NCBI GenBank assembly: GCA_048465615.1
Contig: DBFWLD010000061.1
Location: 38,789-102,788, forward strand
Length of the DNA: 64,000 bases
Reading direction: 5' to 3'
Origin: Tannerellaceae bacterium
Lineage (GTDB): Bacteria > Bacteroidota > Bacteroidia > Bacteroidales > Tannerellaceae
Position numbers and translations under genes: made by a program. Below the pieces are notes generated by a model. The model saw only the letters and a program-made list of their open reading frames with translations, was not told the DNA's origin and searched no databases. Positions 7,504 through 16,363 of this stretch are shown in pieces (the stretch's first letter is position 1; every line of letters starts with the position of its first letter).

Positions 7504-10500
7504 TCACTTTCTTTCAGGGGTAAGCTCTTCTTCTGTCAAAATAAACGTATCCGACGACAGTTCTTCGGTTTTCTTCTTTTTTCCAAAGCTAAAAAAGTTT
7601 TTAATTTTGGCAATGAAGCCGCCTATCCCCTTCGCTATCTTCTGTTCGGTGCGGGTAACGCCCACCGTTTCGATCAGAGCCGGTTTGAGCAACTGCCACA
7701 AATAATTGAAAGTAGAATGATAAGGATCGCGTTCCACATACCGATGCACTTCTCTTAATTGGCTATCCGGCCGTTCGGGATAACTCGGATTGTCGTGCTT
7801 GAGCAGCATATTAGCCAAACCGCTCAGGAAACTGCGATCCGCCAACTCGCCTTCGTCTTTCTTTTTCAGCAAGGCCACTTTCAGCCCCCGATAAGGCACA
7901 GCCAGATCGATCGTCCCGCCCGGACTGCCGGCGTCCATATGAAAGCGAATGGCATAGGCTTTTCCGCTTTTCACCTGGGCGCTGGCCAATGGGGTGATAA
8001 TCTGATTCAGCGTCGTTAAATCCAGGCTGTCGAGGCGGGCCTGCAACAGAAAGCGGTCGTTGGCCGGATCTACCGGCAATTGCCAAACCGCGTGGAAGGG
8101 CCCTTCAGCCATCATATTGCCGGTAGCTTCCAAACGGATGTATTGATCGAACCGGGAGGGGATATTGGTCAGGCCGGAAACATGGCCGTTCATATCGGTA
8201 AAAACCAAACGCCCCAGGCTGGTGCCTTTCTTGGCCAGTTCTTCGTAAATCACGTTGAAACGGCGAATATACGCCTCGTGCACGGAAAATTTGAAAGGAG
8301 CTTGCTGGATAACCGTATATAACATCGGCACGATATGGGGCGTAATCGGTATTTGTTTGTTTTTGTAATTCTGAAGCAAAATATCATCGACCCTCAATTC
8401 GCGGGCCTCCAGGCAGGAGTCGGCGAGCAAACGCCTGCGGTTGATTCCTTCGACCACGACGGTGCGGGCTGCCACATCGAACCAATCCTTATGGTGAGGC
8501 TGATAATAGGCAAATTCCAACTTGGGATAAGGCGAAACCAGGTGTATGCTGTCGATTTGCAGCCGTTCGTCGTCCAGCGTCAGCCGGGCCATTTTCAGGG
8601 CATAGAAGCCGCCGTTCAAAGGGAAAAGAAGATCTTCGCCCTGGAAACGGAACGCGCCGAAATCCGTGGTGCGCTCCTTAGGAGAGATGACGAGATCGGC
8701 CAGGTCGAGGGATAGCCGGCTACGGTTGTCTACCGCCAAAACCGGCGAAGAAGCCGCCCAGGTATAATGCAGCCTGCCCTCTTCCAAATGAAACTTATCC
8801 AACGTAATCCGGGAAGCGTATTTCTCCAGCGTGCGGTACCAATCGGAGGCGGCTTTTTCCCGCGCTCCGCAGGATGCTGAACGGGCCGCCGGCGCGACAG
8901 AGGCAGACGACACGGACAATGCGGAAGAAGCTAACGATCCGGGCCGCCGGGAAGAATCAGCCGGCTCGGAAGGAACACAGGATGCGGAAGCAATAGTCGC
9001 CCCGGAAGAAAGCGTATCGGAAGAGGAAGCCGGTTGCACCGCTACAACCATAGCAGACAAAAGCGTATCGGGGGGCAGTGCGCCGGCTACTTTATCTCCG
9101 GGCAGAACCGGTTCCGTAATCACCACTTTGCCTACAGTATCCTTTGCCCCTGCCGCTTCTGCCGGAGCAGCGGCAGAGAAAGCCATATCGACCTCGGGAG
9201 CGATCAGATTCACCTCTCCGATATGAAACAAGGCCGGGGTATAAGCCAACGATTTCACTTCGATCCGGGCCGCCGCCGAACGAATAGCTTCGCGACCGGC
9301 CTCTTTCATGCGTATCGCCGGTTTTTCCAACCGCAGAACGCCTACTTTCCACGACCGCAAGGGTTGAGCGCTCCCCAAGCGGATACCGTGTATATCCACG
9401 CGGGGAACCGAAAGCTCCAACGAATCATTCTTCCGGTTGTCTTTACCGGCATGGGAGGGACCTCCGACTTTCACGCCGGTCGTTATCCTGCCTTTTCCGC
9501 CGGCATTTAGCCCGGCAGGCACGCCGGCCTTGGCAAGGGGCTGAGAACCTACGCCCGAACCGTTCCCGGCCCCGGAAAAAGAATCCGAGCCCGCGCCGAT
9601 CAGCCGTACGCCTTCCAACCGTCCGTTTCCGGCAGCCGTCGACAACCGCCCGCTGCGGATAGCCAACCGGTAAGGCGTGCCCGGCAAGCGATTATTAAAA
9701 TTCCGGAAATCGAATCCGAAATCGTCATAGGCGAAGAACAAGCCGTCTTGCCGTCCGGTCTCCCGGTCGACACGGAAACGCGTAGCATACCCGTTGAAAT
9801 GATCCAAGCGGTAAACCGGGCTACCTTTTTCGGCCCGGTCGGTCAGGCTGACGGAGGCATTTTGCAACTCGATACGCCGGATGGTAAGATAACGGAAGAA
9901 CGGATTTAAAACGGCATCGACATCCACCGGATCGCCGGCAACCGACGGCTTGCCTCTGCCCGCTCGCCGGGAGGCCGCTTTTACATACCGGATTTCCGGC
10001 GAGCTGATGCGGAAAAGCCCCACGCTTACCCCTTTTTCATACTCCAGACTATCCAGCCGGGCGGTATCGATACGGGCCGTCAGATAGTCGCGCCGGCTAC
10101 GGAGGGAACGGGGTTGCAAATCGAGGTCTTCCATTTGCAGATACCCTTTCTCCGTATTCAACGCCAGCCGGCCGACGGAAAGATCATGGTTGCGGGAAGT
10201 CAGTTCCGCCCGGATACCCGAAGCCTCGAAAGCAATCTGTCGGAAATAGCCGAACCGCTGTTTCTCGACCGAAAGGGAATCGATCAGAAAATCGTCGCCT
10301 GTAAAATCGAAATGTTCCAGCCGGTAGGTTTCCACCGAATCGCCCAGGGCCTGGGCATACTGCAACTTGGCATTGCCAATGGCTACCTGCCCGATGGATA
10401 TGCTACGTAACACGGGCGCAATCAATTCGTACAACGACAGGGCGCGCACCAAGGAATCGCCGTCGAAACGGTCCGGCCGGGCGGCCGGAACTACTTTTTT

Positions 10501-11505
10501 TCCCTTTAAGTTCCGATCCGCCGCCGCCTCGTCTTCTCCCTCGGAAACCCGGCGGAAAGCACGCATGCGAGGCTCGCTGATTTCGAACGACCGCGCCCGG
10601 AGGTAATTCCGCCCTTTCCGCCGCTCAAAGGCAATCCCGTCGGCCTCGACCGTCAGGACAGACGCTTCCAGGATAGGATTCGGCCGCTCGCGCCTGCCTG
10701 CCCAAAGCGCCTCTTGAGGAATAATACGCACAGGGCCGACATAAACTACCGAATCGACCGTACTAAGGCTGATACTGTCGGCAGTCAGACGGAAATCATT
10801 ATTGAAGAGCAAGGTTTGAGGCTGGGCGGTATGAAAATCGAAATGATCCAGATAAAGCAATTTTCCGCTTTCCGAAGAAGTGGAATCGAGCAAAAAGCCA
10901 TAACCGTGAAAAGTAGCCTTCCGGAGCGCATAGGTCATAGGCGCCACGGAATCTTCCACCGAATAAGTCAGGTCGGCATTTTCCAGATCGAGCCGGCCCA
11001 CGCTCAGCACATCGATATAGGGAGAAATCAATTCGTATAAAGTCTTGCTCCGGGCAGGCTTCGCCACCTGAAGAGAAGAATCGGCCGACAAGGTGCCGAA
11101 GACTTCGATCTGCGGATCTTTCACCTCGAACGAATAAAAATCGAGTTGCTTGAAATTCCACCGCCAGGTCAGGTTAAGCCCTTTGAAACCAATCTTGCCG
11201 ATAGCCGCCCGCACATAGGTATCGGGCAAGCTGTCGCTCTGCTTCCATGCCCGGAATACCGCCGAATCGGGCGCGAGCCGGATACCTTGCAGGCTAAGCT
11301 CTCCTTTGAAAAAGCTAACCGACAAATCGTCGAAACCCAACCGGTAAAACCCGTCGGTGGCCTTGGCGGTGCGCTCCACCAGCTCTTTGCGGAGATAACG
11401 TTCCAGCCTGGTGGTAAGATACAGATTAAGAGCAAAAAGGACGCCGGCCACAATCAGGGCGTCCCTCCAAAAATGCCTGGCCTTTTTCTTTTTCTTCTGT
11501 ACCAT
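7504..11505 (-). CDS. Very large AsmA/TamB-like envelope protein with an N-terminal membrane anchor
   Basis: 1333 aa from ATG 11505. It has a Lys-rich N-terminus followed by one TM segment (ALIVAGVLFALNLYL). A long beta-rich repetitive body has the LxLxxxxL pattern of AsmA-like proteins. The family assignment is by resemblance only. Confidence 0.5.
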   Translation of the reverse strand: MVQKKKKKARHFWRDALIVAGVLFALNLYLTTRLERYLRKELVERTAKATDGFYRLGFDDLSVSFFKGELSLQGIRLAPDSAVFRAWKQSDSLPDTYVRAAIGKIGFKGLNLTWRWNFKQLDFYSFEVKDPQIEVFGTLSADSSLQVAKPARSKTLYELISPYIDVLSVGRLDLENADLTYSVEDSVAPMTYALRKATFHGYGFLLDSTSSESGKLLYLDHFDFHTAQPQTLLFNNDFRLTADSISLSTVDSVVYVGPVRIIPQEALWAGRRERPNPILEASVLTVEADGIAFERRKGRNYLRARSFEISEPRMRAFRRVSEGEDEAAADRNLKGKKVVPAARPDRFDGDSLVRALSLYELIAPVLRSISIGQVAIGNAKLQYAQALGDSVETYRLEHFDFTGDDFLIDSLSVEKQRFGYFRQIAFEASGIRAELTSRNHDLSVGRLALNTEKGYLQMEDLDLQPRSLRSRRDYLTARIDTARLDSLEYEKGVSVGLFRISSPEIRYVKAASRRAGRGKPSVAGDPVDVDAVLNPFFRYLTIRRIELQNASVSLTDRAEKGSPVYRLDHFNGYATRFRVDRETGRQDGLFFAYDDFGFDFRNFNNRLPGTPYRLAIRSGRLSTAAGNGRLEGVRLIGAGSDSFSGAGNGSGVGSQPLAKAGVPAGLNAGGKGRITTGVKVGGPSHAGKDNRKNDSLELSVPRVDIHGIRLGSAQPLRSWKVGVLRLEKPAIRMKEAGREAIRSAAARIEVKSLAYTPALFHIGEVNLIAPEVDMAFSAAAPAEAAGAKDTVGKVVITEPVLPGDKVAGALPPDTLLSAMVVAVQPASSSDTLSSGATIASASCVPSEPADSSRRPGSLASSALSVSSASVAPAARSASCGAREKAASDWYRTLEKYASRITLDKFHLEEGRLHYTWAASSPVLAVDNRSRLSLDLADLVISPKERTTDFGAFRFQGEDLLFPLNGGFYALKMARLTLDDERLQIDSIHLVSPYPKLEFAYYQPHHKDWFDVAARTVVVEGINRRRLLADSCLEARELRVDDILLQNYKNKQIPITPHIVPMLYTVIQQAPFKFSVHEAYIRRFNVIYEELAKKGTSLGRLVFTDMNGHVSGLTNIPSRFDQYIRLEATGNMMAEGPFHAVWQLPVDPANDRFLLQARLDSLDLTTLNQIITPLASAQVKSGKAYAIRFHMDAGSPGGTIDLAVPYRGLKVALLKKKDEGELADRSFLSGLANMLLKHDNPSYPERPDSQLREVHRYVERDPYHSTFNYLWQLLKPALIETVGVTRTEQKIAKGIGGFIAKIKNFFSFGKKKKTEELSSDTFILTEEELTPERK

Positions 11506-11814
11506 AATAAGTTGTATGTCGGATAAAAACAATTGCTGTTATAGTTTCAACAAACCGCAACGGTTTTAGTTCGTATCCCGCTCCCTCTATTTGGTTGATT
11601 CTTCGAAGAAAAAACATCGGCCGGCTTCCGAAATCAACTTTCCGGCTGCACACATTCCGAATTATAATCCTATATTTGCCCCTATCCCGCCCCAAGCACG
11701 GGAAACCAAGGCAAACGAAAAGCACAGCGGTTTCTTCCGGCCCCCGTATGCCGCGCAACCGCCTTCTTTCATCGTCGCCGACGGTAAGTATGAACCCTAT
11801 TAATCAGTTTTTAT

Positions 11815-12360
11815 ATGGACGCCCCCCATTTGCCCATCCGCCGGAAAGGCTACCTGATCCGTTCCTGGCAACCCGGCGACGAAACTTCCCTGGCCGCCGA
11901 AATGAACAATCCGGCTATCTGGAACAACATACGGGATGCCGTACCTTATCCGTACACCGTGGAAGATGCCCGCGAGTATATCGCCTCTACCCGGCGGAAA
12001 CCCTATCCTCAGGATTTCGCCCTCGAAGTAGACGGCAAAGCCGTAGGCGGCATCGGTTTCGAGCCGCAAACCGACGTGGAGCGTTTCAATGCGGAGATAG
12101 GCTACTGGATAGGCGAAACCTATTGGAACCGGGGTATCCTGAGCGACGCCGTCGAGGCGCTGACGGCCTATATCTTCCGCCACACCACGCTGGAAAGAAT
12201 ATACGCCCAGGTATACGAACACAACCGGGCCTCGATGCGCGTGTTGGGAAAAGCAGGCTTCCGCAAAGTAGGGATCATGCAACGAGCCGCTTTTAAAAAC
12301 GACCGCTTTATCGACGTCCATCTCTACGAATTACTTAAATCCGGGAGGAACGGCCTATGA
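11815..12360 (+). CDS. GNAT-family N-acetyltransferase (RimJ/RimL-like)
   Basis: 181 aa with an acetyl-CoA-binding core (GYWIGETYWNRGILSDAVEAL) and NRASMRVLGKAGF. Confidence 0.85.
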   Translation: MDAPHLPIRRKGYLIRSWQPGDETSLAAEMNNPAIWNNIRDAVPYPYTVEDAREYIASTRRKPYPQDFALEVDGKAVGGIGFEPQTDVERFNAEIGYWIGETYWNRGILSDAVEALTAYIFRHTTLERIYAQVYEHNRASMRVLGKAGFRKVGIMQRAAFKNDRFIDVHLYELLKSGRNGL

Positions 12361-12944
12361 TACGCTTCGCCACGCCCCGATTGATTGTACGAGATACGGA
12401 AGAGACGGATTTTCCGGCCATTCTTTCGTTTTATACCTCCCAAGAAGCGATGCGCTATATTTCCGACGGCCGTTACGACTGGACGCTCGCAGAACTGAAA
12501 ACCAAGTACAGCCGCTGCAACAGCCCCGAGCCGGGCGGCCCCTGTTTGCTTACCGTGGAAGTGAAGGAAACCGGGGAAATAGCCGGAGAAGCCGGTCTGT
12601 TCGACTCGTACGATACGCCTTCGATACGCGAGCTCGGTTATATTCTCGCCCCCGGCTTATGGGGAAAAGGATACGGCACGGAGCTATGTCGCGGCCTGAT
12701 AGCGTATGGTTTCGCGCTGCCCCGGACGGAGAAGATCGTAGCCCGCATGTATGCGGCAAACGAAGCCTCGGTACGCTTGTGCGAGAAAATGCAGATGAGC
12801 CGCATCGAAACCGGCACGACCGGAACCGGCCGCTCTTTCTATACGTACGAATTGACCAAGGAGGCCTATGCGCGGATACACGAGGCCGACAAACCCTCGT
12901 CTTCCCCCGCCCCGCCTCCGCCTGCTTACACAAAAAACGAATAA
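12357..12944 (+). CDS. GNAT-family N-acetyltransferase
   Basis: 195 aa with LWGKGYGTELCRGLIAYGF and NEASVRLCEKMQM. It overlaps the upstream GNAT gene by 4 nt (ATGA). Confidence 0.85.
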   Translation: MIRFATPRLIVRDTEETDFPAILSFYTSQEAMRYISDGRYDWTLAELKTKYSRCNSPEPGGPCLLTVEVKETGEIAGEAGLFDSYDTPSIRELGYILAPGLWGKGYGTELCRGLIAYGFALPRTEKIVARMYAANEASVRLCEKMQMSRIETGTTGTGRSFYTYELTKEAYARIHEADKPSSSPAPPPPAYTKNE

Positions 12945-12946
12945 AA

Positions 12947-13237
12947 ATGGAAACACAGAAAGAACCTTTGTATTGCCAGAGTTGCGGCATGCCGCTAACC
13001 GATCCGGCGCACTACGGAACCCGGGCCGACGGCACGGCCGAAACGGATTACTGCATCTACTGTTACGCCGGCGGCCGGTTCGCCCACGACTGCACGATGG
13101 AAGAAATGATAGCCCGTTGCGTGGAATTTCTGGAAGAATTCAACCGGGATTCGGAGGTAAAATACACCCCCGAGGAAGCAGCAGCGGAGATGAGACGCTA
13201 CTTCCCCACCCTGAAACGGTGGAAAAAGCAGGCTTAG
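12947..13237 (+). CDS. Small zinc-ribbon domain protein
   Basis: 96 aa from ATG 12947. It carries CQSCGMP...DYCIYCY cysteine pairs and starts 2 nt after the preceding GNAT stop. Confidence 0.6.
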   Translation: METQKEPLYCQSCGMPLTDPAHYGTRADGTAETDYCIYCYAGGRFAHDCTMEEMIARCVEFLEEFNRDSEVKYTPEEAAAEMRRYFPTLKRWKKQA

Positions 13238-13310
13238 GAAAAAACAGCCGAAAGGAACATTTCACCCGGCAACCTCCTTGTCCGGCTCTTGCCACAGGCC
13301 CGAAAGCCCA

Positions 13311-14036
13311 TTACTTCCTCAGCAAATGCCGAAGCGCTTCCAAGGGAGCATACAGCAGCATGCGGGGGCCGGAAAAACGCATGACGGCTTTCATCTTCTC
13401 CCGCATGGCGGGACGATAACAATGCACCGGGCACCGCTGGCAAGAAGTTTTTTCCTCCCCGAACGGACACCGGTCTAACCGGGCTTGGGCATAAGCCAGA
13501 AGCTCCGCGCACTCGGGGCAAAGCGTAAGGTTATGCTCCTTTTTCCGGCAATACAGCCGGATCATCAGCCCCGCCACCCGCTTTTCGCGGGCAATGCGCG
13601 AGCCGGGGCCGGAAAAAGCCATCCGGTATTCCGACCGGCCGGTTGCCGGATCAGACCGGGTTTGCAACACCCGGAACCCGTGCCGCCGGTAAAAAGCCAC
13701 AGCCCTCGCGTTTTCTACATAAACCGACAATTCCAGACTGGGCCGCCCGGCCATGACCCAAGCCAAAAGCCGGCTCCCAATGCCTTCGCGCTGCCGGGCC
13801 GGCGAGACGAACAAGGCGGCTATATAATTACCCCGGAGCGAAATAAACCCTGCCGGTTCCCCCGTATCGGGAGCCACATATACCCAGTTGCGGGCGGAAG
13901 GAAGATAGCGAAGGCGCATGGCATCGGCCTGCTCCCGCCAGTAGGCGGCAGGAATAAACGAATGAGCGGCCAACGAAGCGTCGAGCCAAATCTTTACCAG
14001 CCGTTCATTTTCTTCGGGGCGAGCGAGTCGGATCAT
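13311..14036 (-). CDS. Fusion protein: N-terminal GNAT acetyltransferase plus a C-terminal YgbA-like ('nitrous oxide-stimulated promoter' family) Cys-rich domain
   Basis: GNAT core QREGIGSRLLAWV...AVAFYRRHGF (aa 1-~142). This is followed by MIRLYCRKKEHNLTLCPECAELLAYAQARLDRCPFGEEKTSCQRCPVHCYRPAMREKMKAVMRFSGPRML, which matches the YgbA family pattern as I recall it. Confidence 0.7.
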   Translation of the reverse strand: MIRLARPEENERLVKIWLDASLAAHSFIPAAYWREQADAMRLRYLPSARNWVYVAPDTGEPAGFISLRGNYIAALFVSPARQREGIGSRLLAWVMAGRPSLELSVYVENARAVAFYRRHGFRVLQTRSDPATGRSEYRMAFSGPGSRIAREKRVAGLMIRLYCRKKEHNLTLCPECAELLAYAQARLDRCPFGEEKTSCQRCPVHCYRPAMREKMKAVMRFSGPRMLLYAPLEALRHLLRK

Positions 14037-14829
14037 TTTCAGGACGTTTTTCAGTTAAATAAGGCCAGAAGCGGGCCGGCATCATCTGGCGGTGCAGCTT
14101 CGGGTTGATTCTCTCTTTAATCGCAATCGACCGGAAATAGGTAGCCCAAAGCGATTGAAACAGTTTCTCGTCTTTGTCCATCAGCTCTTCGCTCAGCCAT
14201 CCGGTGAGCAGATGATGCTCCTTTTCCGCGAAACGGATTTCCGCCACCTCCTTCAGATCGTAATAATAGCCGTACTCCCGCTTCAAATCGTACAGAAGCC
14301 ACCGCTGGTCGGCAAAACGGTCTTTCAGATGCGAGACGGTAAGCGGCAGCACGTTGTAGACAGGCGACAAGGCGGCGAAAAAAATGCCGTCGGCCGTTTT
14401 CTGAAAACGCAGAAACTGCACCACATGGCCCCGCTCGTTGCCCACCTTTTTCCATATTTTCGACATTTCCAGCACGTCGGGATCGCCGAAATCGGTTTCT
14501 TTGGCATGCGGAGAATCGATTACTTTGCGGATATAGCGAAACAAAAGCGCGTCGGAACCCGGCAATTCGGAAAGCCAGACCAGCGTGAGGCCGGTAAGCG
14601 AAATAGAAGTTAATTTTTTCTGTAAGGCCTTCCATACCCGGTCGCTTTTGGCCCGGTCGGAAACCACGGTAAACACCTCGTCGCAAAACAAAGGCGGCAC
14701 CTCTCCTTCCGCCAGCAGCTTGTCGGGAAACGTCCGGCGGGAATAGGCTTCGAAAACGGCCGTCAGCAACCCTTCGAATGTCTTATCATAATAAAAAATA
14801 ATCATTGCTTTTTCTTTTTTCTCCTTCAA
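14005..14829 (-). CDS. Probable DNA-metabolism protein, the conserved partner of the radical-SAM DNA modification/repair enzyme (TIGR03915-like; number from memory)
   Basis: The N-terminus YYDKTFEGLLTAVFEAY is characteristic of this family, and the gene lies immediately downstream of the radical-SAM gene. An alternative start is ATG 14805. Its 3' end overlaps the next gene's start by 32 nt. Confidence 0.65.
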   Translation of the reverse strand: MKEKKEKAMIIFYYDKTFEGLLTAVFEAYSRRTFPDKLLAEGEVPPLFCDEVFTVVSDRAKSDRVWKALQKKLTSISLTGLTLVWLSELPGSDALLFRYIRKVIDSPHAKETDFGDPDVLEMSKIWKKVGNERGHVVQFLRFQKTADGIFFAALSPVYNVLPLTVSHLKDRFADQRWLLYDLKREYGYYYDLKEVAEIRFAEKEHHLLTGWLSEELMDKDEKLFQSLWATYFRSIAIKERINPKLHRQMMPARFWPYLTEKRPENDPTRSPRRK

Positions 14830-14961
14830 CGCCCCGCCTGAACCGACGAAACAGATAAAACGGGGGGAATCGGTTACAGCCCTCGCTTCGCCGTGTGCCG
14901 GTCGTCGTCTTTCCGCAGGGCCGCCAATCGTCGTCGGCTAGCCTCACCCGCCAGTTATCCC

Positions 14962-16251
14962 CTAGTCGGCAAAAGGGAGAACCAACTGCCGCTCGTCGGT
15001 CTTTTTGCCCGGCTTGCGCGCCAGGATACGGCGCACGGCTTCGGGCGACAGCTCGTTGACCGTCTGCACCGGCAACTCCCGGCACGTGATAAAATACTGC
15101 GCCTTCTTCATCACCACCCCCATCTTTTTCAACTGCTCCGCTCCCAGTCGGCCATGTTTACGAGAAATGACGATGAGCTTGGCCGACTTCACCCCCACTC
15201 CCGGAATCCGCAGCAACATTTCATAATCGGCCCGGTTGATGTCGACCGGAAACGCCTCGGGATGCCGGAGAGCCCAGGCCAGTTTCGGATCGATTTCCAG
15301 ATCCAGGTCCGGATAAGCGTCGTCGACGATTTCATGTACCTGGAATTGGTAAAAACGCATCAGCCAATCAGCCTGATACAACCGGTTTTCGCGCACCAGG
15401 GGCGGCTGTTTCAGGGCGGGCAGCCGGTTATCGTAGCTATTGACGGGCACGAAGCCGGAGTAATACACCCTTTTCAACGTAGGACGACGATAAAGCGCCG
15501 CCGAAAGCCCCAGGATGTCCTTGTCGGAATCGGGCGTGGCCCCCACAATAAGCTGCGTGCTCTGCCCGGCCGGGGCGAACCGGGGCGCATGCCGCATCCG
15601 TTTCCGCTCTTCGGCGCTTTGCAACACGCCTTGCTGAATATAGCGCATGGGGGTGAAAACACTTTGGAAATTTTTCTCCGGAGCCAGGGTTTGCAAACTT
15701 TGTTCGTTCGGGATTTCGATGTTCACGCTCAACCGGTCGGCATACAAACCGGCCTCGTTGACCAGTTCCTGGCTACATCCCGGGATGCTCTTCATATGGA
15801 TATATCCGTTGAAACGGTGAATCAGGCGCAGATCCTTGATTACCCTTACCAACCGCTCCATCGTATAATCGGGACTGCGCACCACGCCCGAGCTGAGAAA
15901 CAAGCCTTCGATATAATTGCGGCGATAAAACTCGATAGTAAGGTCGACCAGTTCCGACACCGAGAGCGTGGCCCGCGGCAAATCGTTGCTGCGCCGGTTG
16001 ATGCAATACGCGCAATCGTATATGCAATAATTGGTAAGCATGATTTTCAGCAGCGAGATACAGCGGCCGTCTTCGGCGAAACTATGGCAGATTCCCCAGC
16101 CTACAGCGTTTCCTATCCCCCCTTTCTTAGACGACCGGGAGGTACCGCTGGACGCGCAGGAGACGTCGTATTTGGCCGACTCGGCCAGTATCTTCAATTT
16201 TTCGAGCACCGTTTCATTCATACCTAATACAATCGATGGCAAGGAGGACAA
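14962..16251 (-). CDS. Putative DNA modification/repair radical SAM protein (TIGR03916-like; number from memory)
   Basis: Radical-SAM cluster motif CIYDCAYC (CxxxCxxC) and a C-terminal helix-hairpin-helix-like segment (LLRIPGVGVKSAKLIV). 429 aa. Confidence 0.8.
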   Translation of the reverse strand: MSSLPSIVLGMNETVLEKLKILAESAKYDVSCASSGTSRSSKKGGIGNAVGWGICHSFAEDGRCISLLKIMLTNYCIYDCAYCINRRSNDLPRATLSVSELVDLTIEFYRRNYIEGLFLSSGVVRSPDYTMERLVRVIKDLRLIHRFNGYIHMKSIPGCSQELVNEAGLYADRLSVNIEIPNEQSLQTLAPEKNFQSVFTPMRYIQQGVLQSAEERKRMRHAPRFAPAGQSTQLIVGATPDSDKDILGLSAALYRRPTLKRVYYSGFVPVNSYDNRLPALKQPPLVRENRLYQADWLMRFYQFQVHEIVDDAYPDLDLEIDPKLAWALRHPEAFPVDINRADYEMLLRIPGVGVKSAKLIVISRKHGRLGAEQLKKMGVVMKKAQYFITCRELPVQTVNELSPEAVRRILARKPGKKTDERQLVLPFAD

Positions 16252-16363
16252 ATATACGTTATTCCCGGTAGAGGAAGAAATATAAAAACCTAAATCTTCT
16301 TGCAGGTTTGCGCTTTCTTTTTTAATATTGCGTTTTGAATAACCCCATAGATACCTGTAAATT

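Noticed and set aside
14893-16227. A 444-aa + strand ORF opposite the radical-SAM gene.
   Set aside because: The opposite strand encodes a protein with a clear CxxxCxxC radical-SAM signature. This ORF has no motif and a biased composition.
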